From: Callorhinchus milii
Lineage: Eukaryota
DNA: 64,000 nucleotides
Reading direction: 5' to 3'
Assembly: GCF_018977255.1 (NCBI RefSeq)
Contig: NW_024704743.1
Location: 65,288,001 to 65,352,000, forward strand
This document shows positions 50,101 to 59,100 of this stretch, one piece after another. A program made the position numbers and the translations under genes. Positions within the stretch are counted from its first letter, which is position 1. Every line of letters begins with the position of its first letter. The notes beneath the pieces were generated by a model. That model was not told the DNA's origin, did not search any database, and saw nothing but the letters and a program-made list of their open reading frames with translations.

Positions 50101-53100
50101 AGTGTCTTTTACAAAAGGGTGACTAGCTTTGAAAGAGTACTTTCAGCACAGTGAGAAGGTACATAGTTTACTGGAGAAGACCAGAGAAACACAAGGGTCT
50201 GTCTCATGTGTGCTGATCACTATATTCAAAGATCTGTTTTGCAGATATTTTAGGTGGGATTCATGTTATAAAGATTCAATACTAATTTTAGCAATTGGCA
50301 TACATTAGATTCCATACAGAGCACTTTTTTTAAAAAAAAATTAAGAAATCTAAATGAAGATACAGGGAACAGAAACCCAACAAGGCTGGAGAGATTAAAA
50401 TAAAAAGATTAAAAGAGAGAATCAAGAGGTAGCAGTTAGGTAATGCCAAGATTAGGATTTAAAAAGCCTGTAAATCACAGAAAAAAAGTTTTTATTTTCA
50501 CATGGTCAAGAAGATGTGAAAAGAGCTATATCAAATTCAAGGATTATTATTATTATCTTTATAATTTTAAAACAAGATGAATAAATAATAATCCTTGCAA
50601 TTGATATAGTGCCTTATCACGTTGTTGAGATGTCTCAAAGCACTTCACAGAATATAATGTAAAGTGTCATGACTGTATATTTTGCAGGTGAATTGCTCCT
50701 ACAGTCGTGGATTAAGTGACGAATTTTTTTTCCAAAAGATAGAAATATATATTGTTCTAAAAAGTTTGGTTTACCTCAATAGTCTATTAATTTCTGCACA
50801 TTCTTAAGTTTCTGCTTTTCTAAGGAAAACAAGGATTAACAGCATTTACTATAATATTATTTACAATTGACAAAGTCTCTTGTTTTCTGTGTTTCAGGTC
50901 CTGTAATAAAACACAAATTTTTGTCTGCTGGAACCTTTAACGTCACAGTAAATGTATGGAACAAAGTTGGAAGTATCTCAACCTACGTCACTGTATCCAT
51001 CCTCTACAGATTGCAGCGTATGAAATACCATCTCCAATCATTAATACTGCTTGTATTTGATACAATGCCTTATCACAACAAAACTTCTCAAAACACTTCA
51101 TTGTAGTTACTTTTAAGTGTAGTGACTGTGTAGTTATAGGCAAACATGGCAGCCAATTTGTGCACATAAATATCCCACAAACAACCACAAAGTGAATGAC
51201 TAATTTAAATTGGTCTGGACTCTGGGGAAAAAAAATCCCTCCTCTTTTCGAATAATTTCATGGAGTCTTCAACATCTACCTGAACAGGCAAATGGGGCTT
51301 TGGCTTAATGTCTAATCGTAAGGAGTGCACCACTCCGTGTACAATGGCTATGATAGTTGGCTTCAAAAACTGCAGTTGACAGCAGTTATTTTATAGCACT
51401 TGGAGATGTTTTGACATTGATAAGGTGCTACAAACATACACATTTGAGTTCTTGTAAAACAATGTAATTAAATATTGTTGTGTGAATGCGCTTTGCTACC
51501 GGGATCCCAAAATAATTTTTGGTATTGATTTCTGATTAAGATTTCATAATTTTATTGTAAATAATTTCATAATATAGCACATTTAGTAAGCATTATTTGT
51601 ATTTGCACACTTTGATTGCAGATGCCAATAACAATAACAATCAGGTGAACATTCTGTCTTTATATTGTTTTGCAGCCGTTTCCATCTATACAAAGCAAAT
51701 TATATATGCCACCAATTCTGATATTTATTTTACGGCGGTCACTGCAGAAAGCAGCCCACTGCAGTTTCTCTGGTATTTTGGAAACAAAGCACCTATAAAA
51801 ACTACAGCACGAAGTATATCTACAAGATATTCACGCCCAGGAAGGTACAAACCCTTTCAATCATTGTTTCCAATTAGGATCTTGACCTGAAATGTTGCAC
51901 TTTCTAAGGTAATGGGTGTAACTTCTATTCGCTTTTCTATATAGATATACATAGAGAAATGAATTATACAGGCAAGAGGAAGTGACAATAGGCGGTGACA
52001 TTCCATCATCTACCATATCCACGTGGAGTCCTGTAGCTCAGTGGTTAGAGCACTCGCCTTGCAAGCGAGCCACCTGGGTTCAATTCCAGGCAGAGGGCGA
52101 AACATTGGGCAAGTTTCCTTACTCCACACGCCTAATAATAATCCCTCCAAAACAAAGCAATAATAAATTGGTCATTTTCAATCCACGACTGTTTGTGGGA
52201 CACTACTGTGCGCAATTGGCTGCCGCGTTTTGCCCACAAATATTCGGTCAATTCACTTTACAGTTTATGCTATGAAGCACTTTGAGACGTCGAGAAGACG
52301 TGAAAAACTGCTATATCAAATGCAAGGATTATTATTATTATATCATTGGATGATGAAGTGGAATGTCACTTCCTATTGTCTGTTATTAATATTAATTTCT
52401 CTACATATACGTACAAATACACAGCTACTGCACTTGACAGCAATGGCTTGTGAAGTACTTCTCGCTGATTTGAGGTTGTGTGCACTGTATTAAATGTAAA
52501 GATTATTCAGGATTTTTGTTATTTTGCACCGCTTTGATAAACAGTTAGGACGCCAGGTAAAACTGTTTGATCAGGGCACTTCAAAAGACTAATTCAATTG
52601 AAAGAGCTTGACCATTATATTTGGGGCAATGACCATGGAATATTTTAAAGCTTTGCTAGATTAATGGGAGAGTATGAGGAGTTTGGAGAACAATGTTTTC
52701 TACAGTATTGAGTGTTGGGTAATTCCTTACCCACACACACTCTCAGTGGCTTGTCAGTGTTATGCTGCAGAATAGGCTCGGAAATAACAAAGCTGGGGGA
52801 AGCTGAATCTGGTAGTGTCTAAGAAAGGGGCTGCAGAATGTTATTCAATAAAGATAAAAACTGGACAGTCAAAACATTTTTGTGATCATAAGATGAACAA
52901 CAGCTGAAGTGTAGCTCTGATTTAAAGTTGGAATTGTAACTGAAACTGCTTCTATTTGTTTTGCAGGTACAACGTGATAGTGAATGCCTCGAATCAGATT
53001 AGTTCATTTACCTCAGACATCTATCCTGTGGAACTGCAACAGAGAGTTGAGCCCAATAGACTTCGACTGAACAACATGGGTCTTGTCTCTGTCCTACTGA

Positions 53101-56100
53101 ATTCCAGTGTCACTTTGGAAGCACGGATCAATTACGGAACTAATCTTTCATATCTGTGGGATTTTGGAGATGGAACTGTGAGATCTGGACATAGAACAGA
53201 GTCTCATAGCTACAACAGGTGAGCCCATTCTGTCAGTGAGCTAAGACATTTGAAGCATGGGAGGAAACCTCTACCAACAATTTTCCAAAAAAAGCTGGTT
53301 TGGATGATTCTGGCATTCACTGGGAGCAGAAATTCATCCAATGCAACTAATGTTAAGTTTGCAAGCCAAAGCCTTAACAGGTAGCTGGAAAAGCAGCAGA
53401 AAGCTTGCCTTACAGTGTTTTCGATGGCAAGCTATGTGGTGTTAGTTGGTTAAATTCCAGCAGTTCCAGAGAATACGCTGGAATCTCAAAATCTGACCTG
53501 CTCCAAATACTCTTTGCAATTAGGTAAGCAGAGTGCATGCCTCAGGGACAACAGAATGCTCATTCCAAAAGCTCAGGGACAGATCTTGTAAGCGAAGTGC
53601 GAACAAAGTCTGACCGCTGGGACGTCAGGTCTGCAGAAGTTACTTGTTGCACACATTTTCTTTCGGTCGGGTGTCTGTCACGTGTGGAAACCCATCACCG
53701 TGCTTAAGAGTATGCAAACCAAACTGAGGATTCCATGCATCCCACCTACACATGGGAATTCATGAGATAAATTGTTGGAATGGAATGTCCAGTCTATCCC
53801 TGGATGGACACATTCTCTTTAGCTAATTCCGGAAAGTATTAGGCGCAGGTTGGCAGGACTCAAGGCTTGGGGACCCAGAGTGTGTGTTGGGGTACTGCTG
53901 GAGTCCAACCAGCTAAAACCACATAGTTTGTCATTGTCCAGCAAGCTTTCCCGCTGCTTGTCCAGCTGGAACCATCTTGGTCATTAGGGCCTTGTCTTGC
54001 AGGGTTTGTGGGAGCTGAGTGGGAAGAGTCCCTGCCCCCAGTGACTGGTTTGCTCTTCCAGGTCCTGCTATTGAGGTAGGCTGGCTGGGCTGTCATCAGC
54101 CTGGCTCAGGAACTGGACTACCGAGACCACCACAGAGGGCTGACTTGGTTCCTACATTCCGTTGCCAAACACGTCACCGTGGAGCATGCGTACACAGGAA
54201 GCACCAATGAACCTGCTGTGTGTACAAGCACACTCTGCCCAAGAAGCACCACTGAAGTCACTTCCTCAGCATTGCCTCCTGTGCACATGTGCTGCAAGTG
54301 TTGTTGGCAGTGCTTCCTGTGCACATGTGCAGCAGCACGAAGTGATGCCAACAGTAACCTGACAGTCTGGAAGTTACTCGTTTATTAAACACAGGAAGCC
54401 AGCTGGTCACCAACAGCAGCCAGATTTGGTTAGCACTGATCCATCGTAGACAAATGCTACACGAGGCAGCGTTATACTACAATGAAGTTCTTGTTCAGTG
54501 TAAGATAGCCTTGAAGTGTTTCTTTTCATGGCTGAAGAGCCCCACTGTATCTAGATTTTCCTTATTGCTCTTTTTCTAGTATTGGAAATTATCCTCATTT
54601 CTCTCTACAAGGTGTTCACAATGATCTGTTTTTTTCTAAAGTGCACCGACCAACAACTGAAACACGTGGAATAATTATGCTAATTGTATTTAGAAGTACT
54701 TAATTGGATTCAGTACAAGTGTTTAACTATATTTAGACGACTGGTCTAAATATCCATATGAGCGCCATCATCTTCTTGGCTGATAATGATCCGTTGCCAT
54801 ATTTGGTGAGACATCTTCAGTAACATCTTCAGTGATGATGAAATTACTGGTATAAGACATTGTTACACTCGACTTATCTGCAACAGAAAATAAAAATTGA
54901 TTGTAAGAAAAAAACAGGTGGATAACAGGAATTTGTGAACACCCTGTACAGTGGCTGATTATGGGTCATACCTGTTAAATATATGCTATTCTATTTGATC
55001 CTCTGATCAGTCTCTTCATGATTATTTGGTGTTTTTATTTCAGGGAAGGAGAATTTACAACACGTGTGGATATCTTTAATAATGTCAGCTCTGCCACACT
55101 CTCTGGCCATTTATTTGTTATTTCTGAGATGTGTGAACCTCCTTCAGTGAAAAACTATGGCCCTTCCAAATTCCAGGTACTAATAGCATTCATTTGATGA
55201 TTTGCAGACTATCTAGTACTCTGCAGGCCATGTCCTCTCCCTTACCATCTTATGTCCCCACCCTGACTCGGCTCCACTGGCTCCCCATTCCCCAGTGGAT
55301 TGAGTTCCAAATCTTCATTTTAACATTTAAATCCTTCCATAGTCTTGCCTTGCTGTACCTTTGCAACCTCCTTCACATCCGCAACCCCCCTCCCTCTACA
55401 TGCCCCACTATTGGAGGGGGAGCTTTCAGCCACTTGGCACCTGCTCTTTGGAATTCCATTCCATTCCTTTGACATGCTCTCTCCCTTCTCTCTTTCAAGG
55501 TGTATCTCTTTGACTGCACTTTCGGTCATCTTTCCCTTCCTTACCCCCCTCAGCTCCCACCCGTAGTTCTCGTGCCCAGCCACAATTGTCAAACATTTTG
55601 CAATGTCCTCCCCATGTGAAAGGAGCTATATATGTGTAGATTGTATTGTGCTGTATTACCTTGAGGGTGTACCCGATTTTTTACATGACTGTCTTCTTAC
55701 AGCTAAATTTAATACGCACTAAAATATAAACTACAATCAGGCAAATCAGGGATTAGCCAGGAGGATGTCACAAAGTGCTTCACAAGATTTTACTGTGATT
55801 GTGGGGATGTATTTTGTAGGCAAACATAGCATCCAATTTGCATACAGTGTTATATTGCAAACAGTCATGGAGTGAAAGGCCAATTTTACCTGGGGAATTG
55901 TTGACCATGAGCAAGACTCTTTTCAAATAGTGCCATAGGATCTTTAACCACCCGAACAAGCTGACTGGACCCCGATTTAATATCTCATCCGAAAGACGGC
56001 ACCTCCATCAATGCAGCACTCTCCTAGCACTGTATTGGGATATCAGCCTAGTCAGAGTTCAAAGTTCCTGACATGGGGCTTGAACTCACAACCTTCTGAC

Positions 56101-59100
56101 TCAGAGGCGAGAGTGTTGCCAATTGAGCCAGGCTGGCCCCTGAATCCTAATGATTACATTTACAGTGTTTTCCACATTATGATTTAATAAGATTATGGGT
56201 AACATTTATAATGATACATATTTTACAAGTGTGGGATGGAAAATTATAATGTGTGATGTTTTATAATACAATTTGCCTTTCACATAGGGAATACATTTCA
56301 AAGCACCTAAAGCATTTTAACTCATGCCAATGGTATTAAACATAGAATTAATGAACATATAAATAAACATTAATGAACACTCTAATGGTATTAATGAACA
56401 TATAATTGAAAGAAGTAACCAGATTATAATTAACACCAATTGGTTTTCAGCAGAGCTAGTGATATCCTTTCCCTAATAAGAGTGGAGTCCTGTAGCTCAG
56501 TGGTTAGAGCCCCCGTCTTTGTAAGCGAGAGACCTGAGTTCAATTCCAGGCAGAGCGAAACCTTGGGCAAGTTTCCTTACTCCACACGCCTAATAATAAT
56601 CCCTCCAAAAACACAAAACAATAATAAATTGGTCATTTTCAATCTACGACTGTTTGTGGGACACTGCTGTGCGCAATTGGCTGCCGCGTTCGCCCACAAA
56701 TATACAGTCAATTCACTTTACAGCGTGTTCTGTGAAGCGCTTTAGGACGTCCTCCCGACGTGAAATGCGCTATATCAAATGCAAGGATTATTATTATATT
56801 ATTATTAATACCTTCTGAATGGTTCAGCCCATGAAGCTGGCCATGCAATACATTGCTACATTAATAAAATAAATCTCGACCCAGGTGAAAGTTCTCCCGA
56901 ATATATGTCATTATTGTTAAGCGCCTTGGGAATCTTCCCAATGCGACGGGTGCTATGTAAATGTAAATTCGCATTGTGTGCCCTATTTTTCAACCTGTGG
57001 AATCAACTGATAATATCCATTATGTAAACAGTTTACTTTCTCTACAGATCAGAAGGTACCAATCCTTTAAGCTAGGAGTGACATTTGAGAATGAGATTGT
57101 TTGTAACATCTCAAGAGGTGTCCACTACCACTGGTCCTTCTTTGGCCCTGATGGTTCTCTAGTCGCACTTCCAAAGGTTGATTCCAGCAAACAGTCCATA
57201 CTCATCCCAGGCTATTTGTTGGATTATGGAATATATCTTGGGATTGCCAGGGTAAGAAATATAGTTTGATATCTCGTAAATAAGTTTGTACAGCAATACC
57301 TCTCGGATAGTGCTTCCTGTTTAATGTAAAGATGACAATGGAACGATTGAAATTATGAACGAAGATCGGAGATTGAATATTGGACCTTCTCGTCTGCATG
57401 GCTCAGAACACAACCCACTTTTACTCATTGTGGTTTCAGGGAAACCAAGAGAAATAAGCGTAAGAATGGTTGAATTCATTTTGTAGAATTTATCTGTTTT
57501 TTCAACATGCAGTGCTATTTTATTCAATACAAGTTATGGCATTAAGGCACATGGAAACTTGGCAATGGCTCTTGTTGGCCTGCAGCTAGTACAACTCATC
57601 ATAAAATTTATGATGCAGAATCTCCATGTACAATGAAACTGTTGATATTCTGATTTGACCAGTATCAGATAAGGAAGTCACTTATGTGTTCTCTGCGGTC
57701 AGATGCAGGAGTTGCTTAAATGAGCAATCACACCAGTACCCGGGGTTTCTCCTTGACTTATATCAAATATTTTGACATACAAAACGTTCTTTTTGAACTT
57801 AGAAGGTGAGGGATTCTTATCAAGTGCTAATTGTTAACACTTGTGGTCATTTTACATTTATAATAGAAAATCACATTCTAAAAGCATAATCTAGCTGGTG
57901 ACAGACTCAAATGTTTTCTGATTTGTTAAGCAGTTCTACAGTTTTGAAAAACACCACCACAAACTATAAATCTTAATGAGTCAATCCACACAGGCAGAAT
58001 TAATCTCCTTTTGAGGTATGAGGCAGAATTAACTCTTTTTGAGTTAATAGTCCTTGTAGGCTTGCCATTTTCAGGAATGTACAGAGGGCTAAAGATGTGG
58101 ACATTGAATTAAGCAGAATTATTTGTCAGTTTGTGTTCAAATATCATATGTCATATACCCCATGAACTGCTGAAAGCAGAAGTCATAGAAATCTACAGTG
58201 CAGAAGGAGGCCATTTGTCACATCAAGTCTGCACTGGCTCTCAGAGCAAGCTGTTCATTCATCTCACTGCCCTGCCTTATCCTCACATTATGGATGGAAA
58301 TGTAATATTTACAACTGGATTCATAAAGGATTCAGAAATATTGAATGGGAATATGATGTGCATTACACTAACTCACAGGAACATGGCTCTCATGTACCCA
58401 GAAGTAGATTGTATCAGAATAGAATTACCCTAGCACAATAACAGGAACAACAAATTATATTTATATAGTGCCTTTCACTTCAAGAGGACATTCCAAAGTC
58501 CTGGACAGTCAAGGGTGTGCACCCGAGCTTGGGGTTAGAATCAAGAGAGGTGAGGGGGATGGGGGTGGAGTATGGCGATCAAAGAGGAAGGTCTCGAGAT
58601 GGACCTTGAAGGAGGTGAGGGAGTGGGCAAGGTTAAGGGATTGCAGGCTGGACTTCAAGAGGGTGGGGGCAGAAAGACTGAATGCCTGAACTTCCATAGT
58701 GGGCTAGGCAGTGTGTTGGACATGGAGAAGTCCAGAGCCTCTCAAGCGAAGGGAGCAGGAAGGTTGGTAAGGCATTAGTAGGTCACAGAGGTTGGGCGGA
58801 GCAAGACCGTGGAGGGCTTTAGAAGTAAGGACAAGGATCTTAAACTCTGAGGGATGGGCAGCCAGTGAAACCATATGAGGATAGGGGTGGTCGGCTCACA
58901 GAGCTTAGTGTGGGAGGGAACCCGAGTACAGAGTTCAGAATAATATGCAGCTTGTGGAGGGAAGAGCTGGGTAGTCTGGTGAACAGGGAGTTGCATAGTT
59001 TAGCCTGGACACAATGAGAGCATGAAATCACATTCTGTTGCTGACAGGATTGAATATTGGAATCCTGTGCAAATCCTCTTGTGAGTCCCATAATTTTGAC

